Shown: positions 44,359 to 54,490, counted from the stretch's first letter. The stretch: DNA of 64,000 nucleotides from an uncultured Acetobacteraceae bacterium (GCA_964247695.1 CAXTVI010000020.1:8868-72867); one strand, 5' to 3'. Translations and numbers: made by a program. The notes: generated from the sequence alone by a model not told the origin.

Positions 44359-47244
44359 ATGAGTCGCGACCACCCCGGCCTGACCGAGCTCCGCCGCCGG
44401 CTGTCGTCGCAGCACGGCGCGCTCTGGCGCAGCCTGGACCAACTCGACGACAACGACGCCTTCCGGCGCTTCCTGCATACGGAATTCCCCGGCACCACGC
44501 CGGCACGCGGCGTCGACCGGCGCGCCTTCCTGCGCGTGATGGCGGCGTCGCTGTCGCTGGCCGGGCTCGCCGGCTGCGACGATCCCGACGACGACGATCC
44601 ACGCTCGAAGGAGATCCCCTACGTCAACCAGCCGCAGCAGGCGCGGCCGGGCCAGGTGATGCGCTACGCGTCCTCCACCCTCATCGACGGGCATGCCAAC
44701 GGCGTCACCGTGCTGACCCGCGACGGACGGCCAGTCAAGATCGAGGGTGCTGCGGCGCACCCCTGGAGCCGTGGGGGCACCGACATCGCCGGCCAGGCCT
44801 CGGTGCTGGATTTCTGGGACCCGTTCCGCTCCCAGGCGGTGCTCCGGCTCGGGCGTCCCGACGATTCGGACAGCCTGCGCCCGGTGCTGAACACCTTGCC
44901 ACGCGACGGGCTGCATCTGCTGACGGGTCCCGTCACCTCGCCGTCGCTGCTGGAGCAGATCCAGGGCCTGGAGCAACGGTTCCCGGGCATGCGCTGGCAT
45001 GTGCACGCCCCGGCGGACGCGATGGCCGCACAAGCCGGCGCCGCTGCCGCATTCGGGCGTCCGCTCGACACGCTGTACGATTTCTCGCAGACGCGGACAG
45101 TGGTGTCGCTGGACGGCGACCTTCTCGATCCGGGTCCGCGCCAGGTCGGCCTCGCCTCGCGCTGGGCCGAGGCGCGCCGGGCCTCGGCCCGCGCCGGCTC
45201 GCTGCTCACCCTGCATGCGGCGGCGCCGACACCGACGCTCACCAGCAGCAAGGCGGACCACAGCCTGGTCGCGAGCCAGCGCGACATCGAGCGGATGGCG
45301 CACACCCTGCTCGAGGACGGCAATGCGAATGCCTGGCAGCAGCGGGTGGCGCAGGCGCTGGCGGCGGCGCCGGGACGCTCGATAGTGGTCGCAGGCGCCT
45401 GGCAACCGGTGTCGGTGCACGAGGCGGTGCACCGGCTGAATGCGCGGCTCGGCAATGTCGGCGTGCTGCATGTCGAGCCGGTAGCGGCGCCGGCGGAGGA
45501 TCTCGGCGCTCTGGTACAGGCGATGCAGCGCGGCGAGGTGCGTACGCTGCTGGTGCTCGGGGTCAACCCGGTGCAGGACGCTCCCGCTTCGCTCGGTTTC
45601 AGCCAGGCGCTCGAGCGGGTGCCGATGAAGCTGCATGCCGGGCTCTATGCCGACGAGACCGCAGCGGTTTGCGACTGGCACCTGCCGCTGGCGCATCCGC
45701 TGGAGAGCTGGGGCGACGCGCGCGCCGCGGACGGCACCGTCAGCCTGATCCAGCCGACCATCCTGCCGCTCTATGCCGGGCGATCCGCCGCCGAGATCCT
45801 CTCGCTGCTGAGCGATGCGCAGCCGCGGGATGGGCAGACATTGCTGCGCTCGTACTGGCGCACGAGGCTGGGCGCCGACTTCGACGCGGGGTGGCACACG
45901 GCGCTGCTGCACGGGTTCGTCGAGCGGACGCAGGCCGAGCCTGTCAGCGTGGCACCCACTGCCGGCGCCAGTCCGCGCCCCGCAGTGCCGGACGTTGCGC
46001 CGAAGTCGGTCGAGGTGCTGTTCCGGCCCGATCCGGTGCTGCGCGATGGCGCCAGCGTCAACAATGCCTGGCTGCAGGAGCTGCCGCGGCCGCTGACCCG
46101 GATCGTCTGGGACAATGCGGTGCTGGTGTCAGCCGCCCTCGCGAAAGATCTGGGAGCCGTCGAGGGTGATGTGCTGCGGCTCGAGGCAGACGGCCGCGCC
46201 GTCGAGGGGCCGGCCTGGATCATGCCCGGGCAGGCCACGCGCAGCGTGACCCTGACGCTGGGCTACGGCCGCACGAACCCCGACATGCTCGCCACTGGCC
46301 TCGGCTACGACGCGGCACTGCTGCGGCCGGCCGCGACGCCGTTCCATCTCGCCTCGGCCTCGATCACGCGCACCGGGCGCCGGCACGCGCTGGTGACGAC
46401 GCAGAACCACAATACGATGGAAGGCCACGACCTCGTGCGCGTGCAGCAGGTCGGCGCGGCACCGGTCGGCGACCAGGGGGAAGCGCCGGACATGCTGTAT
46501 GGCGGCAAGTCGGCCACCGGAAGCTCGCCGGCCGGCAATCGCGCCTGGGGGATGGTGATCGACCTCGACAGCTGCATCGGCTGCAATGCCTGCGTGGTGT
46601 CGTGCCAGTCGGAGAACAACATCGCGGTGGTCGGGCGCGAGCAGGTGGCCGAGGGCCGCGAGATGCACTGGCTGCGCGTCGACCGCTACTACGAAGGCCA
46701 CTTTGAAAGCCCAGGCACGCACTTCCAGCCGGTGCCGTGCATGCATTGCGAGGATGCGCCCTGCGAGGTGGGCTGTCCGGTGGAAGCCACCGTACACGAC
46801 CATGAAGGCCTCAATGTCATGGTCTATAACCGCTGTATCGGCACCCGCGCCTGCTCCGGCTACTGCCCGTACAAGGTGCGCCGCTTTAACTACCTCGACT
46901 ACAGCGCCGGCGTGATTCCTCAGCTCGCGGAGCAGCGCAATCCGGATGTCACCGTTCGCGCCCGCGGCGTGATGGAGAAATGCACGTACTGCGTGCAGCG
47001 CATCGCCCAGGGCCGCATCGACAGTGACAAGAGCGGCAACCCGATCGCCGATGGCAGCGTGCGGACCGCCTGCCAGACAGCCTGCCCGACGCAGGCGATC
47101 AGCTTTGGCGACCTCAACGACACGCACAGCGAGGTGCGCGCGAAGCGGCACGACCCGCGCAACTACAGCCTGCTCGGCGACCTCGGGGTGAAGCCGCGCA
47201 CGACGTATCTCGCCGAATACAAGCCGGGCGCCGAGCCGACATGA
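44359..47244 (+). CDS. actB: Alternative Complex III subunit ActB (molybdopterin-oxidoreductase-like domain fused to 4-cluster FeS domain)
   Basis: ..WRSLDQLDDNDAFRRFLHTEFP..DRRAFLRVMAASLSLAGLAGC (Tat motif plus LAGC). FeS motifs CIGCNACVVSCQSENN, CMHCEDAPCEVGCP, CIGTRACSGYCPYKVRRFN and CTYCVQRI..CQTACPTQAI. Confidence 0.9.
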   Translation: MSRDHPGLTELRRRLSSQHGALWRSLDQLDDNDAFRRFLHTEFPGTTPARGVDRRAFLRVMAASLSLAGLAGCDDPDDDDPRSKEIPYVNQPQQARPGQVMRYASSTLIDGHANGVTVLTRDGRPVKIEGAAAHPWSRGGTDIAGQASVLDFWDPFRSQAVLRLGRPDDSDSLRPVLNTLPRDGLHLLTGPVTSPSLLEQIQGLEQRFPGMRWHVHAPADAMAAQAGAAAAFGRPLDTLYDFSQTRTVVSLDGDLLDPGPRQVGLASRWAEARRASARAGSLLTLHAAAPTPTLTSSKADHSLVASQRDIERMAHTLLEDGNANAWQQRVAQALAAAPGRSIVVAGAWQPVSVHEAVHRLNARLGNVGVLHVEPVAAPAEDLGALVQAMQRGEVRTLLVLGVNPVQDAPASLGFSQALERVPMKLHAGLYADETAAVCDWHLPLAHPLESWGDARAADGTVSLIQPTILPLYAGRSAAEILSLLSDAQPRDGQTLLRSYWRTRLGADFDAGWHTALLHGFVERTQAEPVSVAPTAGASPRPAVPDVAPKSVEVLFRPDPVLRDGASVNNAWLQELPRPLTRIVWDNAVLVSAALAKDLGAVEGDVLRLEADGRAVEGPAWIMPGQATRSVTLTLGYGRTNPDMLATGLGYDAALLRPAATPFHLASASITRTGRRHALVTTQNHNTMEGHDLVRVQQVGAAPVGDQGEAPDMLYGGKSATGSSPAGNRAWGMVIDLDSCIGCNACVVSCQSENNIAVVGREQVAEGREMHWLRVDRYYEGHFESPGTHFQPVPCMHCEDAPCEVGCPVEATVHDHEGLNVMVYNRCIGTRACSGYCPYKVRRFNYLDYSAGVIPQLAEQRNPDVTVRARGVMEKCTYCVQRIAQGRIDSDKSGNPIADGSVRTACQTACPTQAISFGDLNDTHSEVRAKRHDPRNYSLLGDLGVKPRTTYLAEYKPGAEPT

Positions 47245-49127
47245 AGGCCCCCGCCTTGCAGCCCGGGTTGCGCTGGTGGCTGGCGCTGGCCGCGTCCGTC
47301 GGGTTGATCGGCGTGCTGGTGATTTCGCTCGGCTGGCTGCTCTACGAGGGCACCGGCGTGTGGGGCAACAATATCCCCGTCACCTGGGCGCTCGACATCG
47401 TCAGCTACGACTGGTGGATCGGCATCGCCTGTGGCGCCCTGGTGGTGTCGTCGGCGATGCTGCTGTTCGGCACGCCGGAACGCGACGCGCTGAACCGGAT
47501 TACCGAAACCGTGGCGGTGCTGGCCGCGGCGGCGGCGGCGGTGTACCCGATCATCCATCTCGGGCGTCCGTGGTTCTTCTACTGGAACCTGCCTTATCCC
47601 AACACCATGCTGCTGCAGCCGCAGGTGCGCAGCCCGCTGTTCTGGGACGCCATCGACATCCTGTCCTATCTCGCCATAAGCGTGTCGTTCTGGGGCGCTG
47701 GGCTGCTACCCGACCTCGCCAGCCTGCGCGACCGGGCCTCGGAGCGCATCACCGAGGGCGACCCGAACTACGAGAACCGCCGCCGGCTGCTCGCCCGGAT
47801 CTATGGCATCGCGGCCCTCGGCTGGCGCGGCTCGGCGATGCACTGGCATCGCTGGCGGCAGGCGATGCGCTGCCTCGCCCTGCTCGGGTTGCTGATCGTG
47901 CCGACCCTGCAGACGGGAGCCGCGGTGATGTTAGCCGGCACCGTGCTGCCGGGCTGGCACGACACCATCATGCCCGTGAGCTTCCTGGTCGGCTCGGTGT
48001 TCTCGGGCGCCGCCGCGGTGGCGCTGGTCAGCATGGTCACACGCTCGGCGCTCCGCCTCGAAGGCACCATCGACGCCCGGCCGCTGGCGCTGCTCGGCTG
48101 GCTGCTGCTCGGGCTGGGCCTCACGGACCTCTATTGCGAGGCAGCCGAGCTCTATTCCACCCTGATCGGCGGCGACAGCTACGAGATCGCGTCGCTGCAC
48201 CGACGGCTGTCCGGCAACCAGGCCTGGGCGTTCTGGACCATGCTCACGGCTGGCCCGCTCGCATCGCAACTGCTCTGGCTGCCGTCCGTCCGGCGGTCCG
48301 CCACCGCGATCGCCAGTCTCGGCGCCACCATCTGCGTCGGCATGTGGGCCGAGCACTTCATGGTCATCGTGACCGCCCTCGAGCACGACTTCCTGCCTTC
48401 GTCGGCGCACGCGTACTCGATCGGCTTGTGGGGGCTGGCGACCTTCGCGGGCTCTGCCGGGTTGTTCCTGTTCCTGCTGCTGGTGCTGCTGCGTATCCTG
48501 CCGGCGGTGGTGCTGTCCCTGCGCACGCAGCAGGACCCGCATCCGGCGGTGCAGTTCAAGTCGCCGGCGCACGGCGCGCCGCTCTGGGGCGTGGCAGCCG
48601 AGTTCGACCAGCCCGGCCGGATGATCGAGGCGGCGCGCCAGATGATGCGCGAGCCGGGCATCGTGCGCTCCGGCATCTCGCGGCTCGACCTGTTCTCGCC
48701 GGTGCCGCTGGAGGAAGCGGACGCGGCGCTCGAGCTGAACTCGCGGGGTGTCCCGGAGGCAGCAGCCACCGGCTTCGTGCTCGGCGCGCTCTCGATGTTC
48801 GGCTACTGCGCCTATGTCGGCTCGACGTACTACGTGCTCGATATCGGCGGCCGGCCCTGGTTCTCCTGGCCGTCCTACATCGTCCCGAGCGTGTCGTTCG
48901 GACTGCTCTGCGCAGCACTCGGCACCATGGGGATGCTGCTGGTCAAGAACCGGCTGCCGCGCCTGAACCATCCGGCGTTCAACATCCCCAACTTCAACCA
49001 CGCCTCGCACGACCGGTATTTCCTGGTGCTCGAGGGGCTGGTGGAAAGCTTTCCGGCGGAACAGGCCTGGGCGACGCTGCACGCGCTGAAGGCGCGCCCG
49101 CTGCAGATCAGCCGGGTGCCGCGATGA
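47241..49127 (+). CDS. Fused ActC (NrfD/PsrC-like quinol-interacting membrane subunit) - ActD (DUF3341-like) protein
   Basis: Residues 1 to about 435 are NrfD-like with about 10 TM (..HLGRPWFFYWNLPYPN..SPLFWD..). Residues from about 447 read LWGVAAEFDQPGRMIEAARQMM..LDLFSPVPLEE..PRLNHPAFN..DRYFLVL, which is ActD-like. No stop codon lies between them. ATGA overlap with actB. Confidence 0.85.
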   Translation: MKAPALQPGLRWWLALAASVGLIGVLVISLGWLLYEGTGVWGNNIPVTWALDIVSYDWWIGIACGALVVSSAMLLFGTPERDALNRITETVAVLAAAAAAVYPIIHLGRPWFFYWNLPYPNTMLLQPQVRSPLFWDAIDILSYLAISVSFWGAGLLPDLASLRDRASERITEGDPNYENRRRLLARIYGIAALGWRGSAMHWHRWRQAMRCLALLGLLIVPTLQTGAAVMLAGTVLPGWHDTIMPVSFLVGSVFSGAAAVALVSMVTRSALRLEGTIDARPLALLGWLLLGLGLTDLYCEAAELYSTLIGGDSYEIASLHRRLSGNQAWAFWTMLTAGPLASQLLWLPSVRRSATAIASLGATICVGMWAEHFMVIVTALEHDFLPSSAHAYSIGLWGLATFAGSAGLFLFLLLVLLRILPAVVLSLRTQQDPHPAVQFKSPAHGAPLWGVAAEFDQPGRMIEAARQMMREPGIVRSGISRLDLFSPVPLEEADAALELNSRGVPEAAATGFVLGALSMFGYCAYVGSTYYVLDIGGRPWFSWPSYIVPSVSFGLLCAALGTMGMLLVKNRLPRLNHPAFNIPNFNHASHDRYFLVLEGLVESFPAEQAWATLHALKARPLQISRVPR

Positions 49128-49663
49128 GGCGGGGTTTCGCCGCCGTCCTGGCGGCCGCCCTGCTGGTGATGCAGGGCTGCAAGCGCGAGGACATGGCGGT
49201 GCAGGACAAGTCGCGCACCTGGAATGTCAGCCACCTGTTGCCGCACGGCCGCGTGGTGCAGCCGCCGGTGCCGGGGACGGTGTCGCCGGATGACCATCCG
49301 CCGGCGCCGCAGCCCCGCGTCATCGATGCAGCCCTGCTGGCGCGCGGCGAGCAGCGCTACGCGATCTACTGCACGCCCTGCCACGGACGCGACGGGCTTG
49401 GCGACGGCATGATCGTGCGCCGCGGTTTTCCGCATCCGCCCGACCTGCACGCGCAGGCGCTGCGCCGGATGCCGGCGTCGCGGCTCTTCGACGTCATCGA
49501 TCGCGGCTACGGCGTGATGTACGGCTACGGCGACCGCATCGACCCGGCCGACCGCTGGGCGGTGATCGCCTATGTGCGCGCCCTGCAGCGCAGCGGCGAC
49601 GTGCCGGCCTCGGCCCTGACCGCCGGCGACCGCAAGCGGCTCGACCAGGAGACGTCACGTTGA
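49124..49663 (+). CDS. actE: Alternative Complex III subunit ActE (monohaem cytochrome c, probable lipoprotein)
   Basis: MRRGFAAVLAAALLVMQGC.. signal with Cys; single CTPCH haem site; ..RWAVIAYVRALQ. ATGA overlap with the upstream gene. Confidence 0.8.
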   Translation: MRRGFAAVLAAALLVMQGCKREDMAVQDKSRTWNVSHLLPHGRVVQPPVPGTVSPDDHPPAPQPRVIDAALLARGEQRYAIYCTPCHGRDGLGDGMIVRRGFPHPPDLHAQALRRMPASRLFDVIDRGYGVMYGYGDRIDPADRWAVIAYVRALQRSGDVPASALTAGDRKRLDQETSR

Positions 49664-50646
49664 GCCGGCGGATCGCCGTGCTTGCCGGGGTTCCGGGGGT
49701 GGCGTTGCTGGTGTGGCTGCTGCTCGCCGGCGGGGTCGCGATGCAGTCCTATCTCGGCGCCTGGCTGGCGCTGGCGGCGCTGCCGCTTGGGGCGCTCGCG
49801 GTCCTGATGGGACTGGAAGCCGCAGGCGCCGCGGACCAGCCGGTCGCGAGCGGCCTGCGCCGTCTGCTGCCGCTGATTATCCCGACGGTGCTGGCGGCGC
49901 CCGTGCTGGAGCGCGGCGCCTTTCCGGACCTGCCGGGTGCCTGGTTCGCACACAGCGCATTCCTGCTGCGGCAGGGCCTGATCCTGCTGGGCTGGAGCCT
50001 GTTGGCCCTGGTGTTCGTGCGTCCGCCCGCCGCGCGCCAGGCAGCCGGCCGGCGCATGCTGGGCGGCGTTGGCCTGCTGGTGCATCTTGCCCTGGTCACG
50101 CTCGCGGCCACCGACTGGATCGCATCCTTGCACCCAGGCCTGCTGCCGGCGGGCGTCGGGCTGGTGCTGCTCTGCGCGCAAGCCGGCGCCGCCGCTTCAG
50201 TAGCGGTCCTGTTGCTGCCGACAACGGTGCGCGACGCGCAGGCCGCGCGGCTCGCCGTGCTGCTGACGGTGCTGCTCGCGGGCTGGGCGTTCCTGCAGTT
50301 CACGCAGTACCTGGTCATCTGGTCGGCCGACCTGCCGCGCGAGGCGGAGTGGTATCTGGCGCGCAGCCGCGGGCTCGGCACGGCAGCGCAATGGCTGCTG
50401 CCCGCATCGCTGGTGCTGGCCGTGCCGCTGCTCGTCTGGCGTCCGGTGTGGACGCTGGTGCCATGCGCAACCGGCCTGCTGGCGCTGCATGTGGTCGAGA
50501 TGTTCTGGCTGGTGACCCCGAGCCTGCGCGGCCGGTTTTCCGTCTCGCCACTCGACCTCGTGGCGCTGCTCGGCATGGCCGGCGTGGCGGCAGCGCTGAT
50601 CGCGCCGAGTCCGGGCCGGCCGGAAGTGCGCCATGCCGCGCCCTGA
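49660..50646 (+). CDS. actF: Alternative Complex III subunit ActF-like polytopic membrane protein
   Basis: About 8-10 TM. FLQFTQYLVIWSADLPREAEWY resembles the ActF signature (..IIW..N.PEE..W). TTG start overlaps the actE TGA (TTGA). At 328 aa it is short for ActF. Confidence 0.7.
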   Translation: MSRRIAVLAGVPGVALLVWLLLAGGVAMQSYLGAWLALAALPLGALAVLMGLEAAGAADQPVASGLRRLLPLIIPTVLAAPVLERGAFPDLPGAWFAHSAFLLRQGLILLGWSLLALVFVRPPAARQAAGRRMLGGVGLLVHLALVTLAATDWIASLHPGLLPAGVGLVLLCAQAGAAASVAVLLLPTTVRDAQAARLAVLLTVLLAGWAFLQFTQYLVIWSADLPREAEWYLARSRGLGTAAQWLLPASLVLAVPLLVWRPVWTLVPCATGLLALHVVEMFWLVTPSLRGRFSVSPLDLVALLGMAGVAAALIAPSPGRPEVRHAAP

Positions 50647-51190
50647 CCGCGGACCGCCCGGGCTGCTGCTCGGTGCCGCGATCGGATCGGTCGCCGGTGC
50701 GGCCGCCATGGTCGGCGGCGGAATGCTCTGGCGGTGGCGCCACGCGATCCCGGAGGCGGTCGCCGCGGGCGAGGACCCGGGCGCGCGCGGCCTGCCCGAA
50801 ACCCCGCCGAGCGCCGCTGCGCTGGAACGGGGCTTCGAAACGAGCGACATGAGCGCCGCGACGCTCGCCCGCAGCGCCGCCGTGCTGTTCCTGGTTGCGA
50901 TCGTCGCGATCGGGCTGATGATCGGCATGCTGCATGCGTTCGCCGACCAGCGCCGCGCGGCACCCGCGCCGAGCCGGCTGCAGCAGGCGGCGATCGTGCC
51001 ACCCCGGCCGCATCTCGAGGCGGACCCGAAGCAGGAGTACGACCTCGCGATGCATGCCATGGATCATGCGCACGGGTCCTGGTCCTGGATCGATGCCGCG
51101 CATACGCGAGCGCGCGTGCCCGTCGAGCGCGGCAAGGCGCTCAGCGTCGGCCGTTCTCTGGACGACCGGGCGCTGGACGAGACGCCATGA
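50633..51190 (+). CDS. Hypothetical membrane protein embedded between actF and the oxidase genes
   Basis: It overlaps actF by 14 nt, and its TGA overlaps the coxB ATG. TM segment AAVLFLVAIVAIGLMIGML, then ..PHLEADPKQEYDLAMHAMDHAHGSWSWIDAAHTRARVPVERGKAL. I recognise no family. Confidence 0.5.
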   Translation: MPRPDRGPPGLLLGAAIGSVAGAAAMVGGGMLWRWRHAIPEAVAAGEDPGARGLPETPPSAAALERGFETSDMSAATLARSAAVLFLVAIVAIGLMIGMLHAFADQRRAAPAPSRLQQAAIVPPRPHLEADPKQEYDLAMHAMDHAHGSWSWIDAAHTRARVPVERGKALSVGRSLDDRALDETP

Positions 51191-52161
51191 CGCAGGACGC
51201 GCTGGCGCTGTGGCCGGCCTCCGCCTCGGCCAGTGCCGCCGAGACCGACCACCTGATCCTCGGCTTCACCGTGCTGACCCTGCTGCTGACGGTGCCGATC
51301 TTCATCGCCATCACCTGCTTCGCGATCTGGTTCCGGGATGGCCGCATAGCGTTCCGGACCTACACTGAGAAACGGAACCGCATGCTCGAGGTCAGCTGGA
51401 TGCTGATCCCGTTCGTGCTCACCCTGGTGTTCTTCTACTGGGGTGCCAGGATGTTCGACACCCACAAGCATCCGCCCGGCAATGCGATCCAGATCAGCGC
51501 GATCGCCAAGCAATGGATGTGGAAGTTCCAGCATCCTGGCGGACAGGCCGAGATCAACGACCTGCATGTCCCGCTCGGCCAGCCGGTGGTGATCAGCATG
51601 ATCTCGCAGGACGTGATCCACGCGCTCTACCTGCCGGCGCTGCGTATCCAGATGGAGACGCTGCCCGACCGCTACACGCAGCTCTGGTTCAAGGCGGACC
51701 GGCCCGGGACCTACCACCTGTTCTGCTCGGAATATTGCGGCACCGACCATTCCGTCATGGGCGGCTACCTGACCATCATGCAGCCCGCCGACTACCAGAG
51801 ATGGCTTGGCCAGTCCTCGACCTCCGGCTCGCTGGTGGCGCAGGGCAAGGCCGCATTCAGTGCGCATGGCTGCTCGGGCTGCCACAACGGCGGCGCTGCG
51901 GTGCGCGCGCCGTCTCTCGCCGGCCTGTTCGGCAATCCCGTACCCTTGCAGGCTGGCGGCACCATCATCGCCGACGACCAATACATCCGCGACAAGATCC
52001 TAGATCCGGACCGTAACCTGATCGCCGGCTACCGCCAGCTCATGCCGGTCTTCAAGGGCGTGATCGACGAGGGCGAGATGATGGCGCTGGTGTCGTACAT
52101 AAAATCGCTGGGTGGCACGCCACCGGACGGAGCAACGTCCCCGGATGGAGTGAAACCATGA
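51187..52161 (+). CDS. coxB: Cytochrome c oxidase subunit II with C-terminal cytochrome c domain (caa3 type)
   Basis: Two TM segments. CuA site [15 protein letters not shown]. Haem c site CSGCH in the C-terminal domain. Confidence 0.93.
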   Translation: MTQDALALWPASASASAAETDHLILGFTVLTLLLTVPIFIAITCFAIWFRDGRIAFRTYTEKRNRMLEVSWMLIPFVLTLVFFYWGARMFDTHKHPPGNAIQISAIAKQWMWKFQHPGGQAEINDLHVPLGQPVVISMISQDVIHALYLPALRIQMETLPDRYTQLWFKADRPGTYHLFCSEYCGTDHSVMGGYLTIMQPADYQRWLGQSSTSGSLVAQGKAAFSAHGCSGCHNGGAAVRAPSLAGLFGNPVPLQAGGTIIADDQYIRDKILDPDRNLIAGYRQLMPVFKGVIDEGEMMALVSYIKSLGGTPPDGATSPDGVKP

Positions 52162-53810
52162 GCCTGTCCGAAACCCTGCTGCATCGCGACCCGAGCCCGC
52201 CGCGCAGCACCATCGGCCGGCCACCCGACTACCTGCACGACGAGCACACGCTGCGCTCGTGGTTCTTCACCATCGACCACAAGCGGATCGGCATCCTCTA
52301 CCTGCTGTCGATCACCTTCTTTTTCGTGCTGGGCTCGATCGCCGCCGGCCTGATCCGGCTGTCACTGGTGGTGCCGAACGGGCAGATCTTCACCAACGAC
52401 ACCTACAACAAGCTGTTCACCATCCATGGCGTGATCATGGTGTGGTTCTTCCTGATCCCGTCGATCCCGACCACCTTCGGCAACTTCCTGCTGCCGATCA
52501 TGATCGGCGCCAGGGATGTCGCCTTCCCCCGCCTGAACCGGCTGAGCTGGTACATCTTCGTGGCGGGGGCCCTGTTCACGCTGTTCACGGTGGTCGTGGG
52601 CGGCGTCGATACCGGCTGGACCTTCTATGCGCCGTTCAGCACCACCTTCTCCAACACCTGGGTGATCCCGGCGCTGCTCGGCGTGATCGTGGTGGGCTTC
52701 TCCTCGATCCTGACCGGCCTCAATTTCGTGGTCACGCTGCACACCATGCGCGCGCCCGGCATGACATGGTTCCGCATGCCGATCTTCTGCTGGACGATGT
52801 ATGCGACCAGCCTGATCTTCCTGCTGGCGACGCCGGTGATCACCATCGCGCTGCTGCTGCTGGTGCTGGAACGCGCCTTCGGCATCGGCATCTTTGACCC
52901 CGCGCTGGGCGGCGACCCGGTGCTGTTCGAGCACCTGTTCTGGTTCTATTCGCATCCGGCGGTCTACATCATGGTGCTGCCGGGCATGGGCGTGATCAGC
53001 GAGATCGTGCCAGCCTTCGCGCAGAAGAAACTGTTCGGCTACCGCTTCGTCGCCTACGCCAGCATCGGGCTCGCCTCGCTGACCTTCTTCGTGTGGGGCC
53101 ACCACATGTTCGTCAACGGCCAGAGCGAGACCGCCAGCCTCACCTTTTCGGTGCTGTCGTTTGCGGTCGCGGTGCCGTCGGCGGTCAAGGTCTATAACTG
53201 GACCGCCACCATCTACAAAGGCAGCATCAAGCTCGACACGCCGATGCTCTACGCGATGGGCTATATCGGCCTGTTCGTGGTGGGTGGCCTGACCGGGCTG
53301 TTCCTGGCCACGCTGTCGATCGACGAGCATGTGCACGACACCTACTTCGTGGTAGCGCATTTCCACTACATCATGGTGGGGGGCACCGCGCTCGCGTTCC
53401 TGGGCGGCCTGCATTACTGGTGGCCGAAATTCACCGGCCGGCTGTATCCGGAAGGCTGGGGCCGGCTCTCGGCCTTCTTCATCTTCGTCGGCTTCAACAC
53501 GACGTTCTTCCCGCAATTCATCCTCGGCTATCTCGGCATGCCGCGGCGCTACCACACCTATCCGCCCGAATTCCAGCTGCTCAACGTGCTGTCCTCGGCG
53601 GGCTCGCTGATCCTGGCCCTCGGCTACATCTTCCCGATGGTCTACCTGGTGTGGTCGCTGCGTTTCGGCAAACGGGCACCGGCTAATCCATGGAACGCGC
53701 GCGGGCTCGAATGGATGACCACCTCGCCGCCGCCCAAGCATAATTTCGAGACGCCGCCGACGGTCGATTTCGAGCCGTACGACTATCGCGAGCGGGAGAG
53801 CCGGGTGTGA
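52158..53810 (+). CDS. coxA: Cytochrome c oxidase subunit I (A2-type haem-copper oxidase)
   Basis: ..[12 protein letters not shown]..; [18 protein letters not shown] (YS motif); WGHHMFVNG; [12 protein letters not shown]. Confidence 0.97.
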   Translation: MSLSETLLHRDPSPPRSTIGRPPDYLHDEHTLRSWFFTIDHKRIGILYLLSITFFFVLGSIAAGLIRLSLVVPNGQIFTNDTYNKLFTIHGVIMVWFFLIPSIPTTFGNFLLPIMIGARDVAFPRLNRLSWYIFVAGALFTLFTVVVGGVDTGWTFYAPFSTTFSNTWVIPALLGVIVVGFSSILTGLNFVVTLHTMRAPGMTWFRMPIFCWTMYATSLIFLLATPVITIALLLLVLERAFGIGIFDPALGGDPVLFEHLFWFYSHPAVYIMVLPGMGVISEIVPAFAQKKLFGYRFVAYASIGLASLTFFVWGHHMFVNGQSETASLTFSVLSFAVAVPSAVKVYNWTATIYKGSIKLDTPMLYAMGYIGLFVVGGLTGLFLATLSIDEHVHDTYFVVAHFHYIMVGGTALAFLGGLHYWWPKFTGRLYPEGWGRLSAFFIFVGFNTTFFPQFILGYLGMPRRYHTYPPEFQLLNVLSSAGSLILALGYIFPMVYLVWSLRFGKRAPANPWNARGLEWMTTSPPPKHNFETPPTVDFEPYDYRERESRV

Positions 53811-54490
53811 GCCCTCCTGCCTTGCTTGCGAGCGAAGCTGCCCGGTTCCCGGTCGACATCGCGCTCGAGGAGCAGTTCACCACCAAGGGCCAGCAGCGTC
53901 ACGCCGCCAAGTTCGGCATGTGGTGCTGGCTGATCACCGAGCTGCTGCTGTTCGCAGGCCTGCTGCTGGTCGCCACCGTGCTGCGTGTGATGTATCCGGC
54001 GTCGGTCAGTGCCGCCGCCACGCACCTCAAGTTCTGGATCGGCGCCGCCAACACCGTCGTGCTGATCTGCTCCAGCCTGACCATGTCCGGTGCGATCACC
54101 GCGTCGCGCCAGGGCCTGCAGACGCTGATGGTGCGCTGCATGCTGGCGACCGCCGCCCTCGGAGCGCTGTTCCTCATGCTCAAGGGCTATGAATATTACC
54201 AGGATTTCGACGAGCACATGGTGCCGTTCCTGGCCTGGCGGGGGTATGCGCTGCCGCACGACCATGCAAGCCAGCTGTTCATCAACGACTACTTCGCGGC
54301 GACCGCCCTGCACGGGTTGCACCTGATCACCGGCGTTACGATCCTGCTGGTGCTGACGCGGCAGGCCAGCCGGGCCGGGTATCTCTCGCTGCACCAGAAC
54401 CGCATCGAGATCTTCGGCCTGTACTGGCACTTCATCGACCTGATCTGGATCATCGTGTTCCCGACGCTCTACGTGGTGAACCGGTCATGA
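53807..54490 (+). CDS. coxC: Cytochrome c oxidase subunit III
   Basis: ..[52 protein letters not shown] start overlaps the coxA TGA (GTGA). Confidence 0.9.
   Translation: MSPPALLASEAARFPVDIALEEQFTTKGQQRHAAKFGMWCWLITELLLFAGLLLVATVLRVMYPASVSAAATHLKFWIGAANTVVLICSSLTMSGAITASRQGLQTLMVRCMLATAALGALFLMLKGYEYYQDFDEHMVPFLAWRGYALPHDHASQLFINDYFAATALHGLHLITGVTILLVLTRQASRAGYLSLHQNRIEIFGLYWHFIDLIWIIVFPTLYVVNRS

Noticed and set aside
44359-47244. Calling ActB a functional molybdoenzyme (for example a polysulfide, tetrathionate or nitrate reductase).
   Set aside because: The operon context (pentahaem ActA, NrfD-like ActC/F, DUF3341, monohaem ActE, caa3 oxidase) is that of Alternative Complex III. In that complex the molybdopterin-like domain is known to lack the cofactor.
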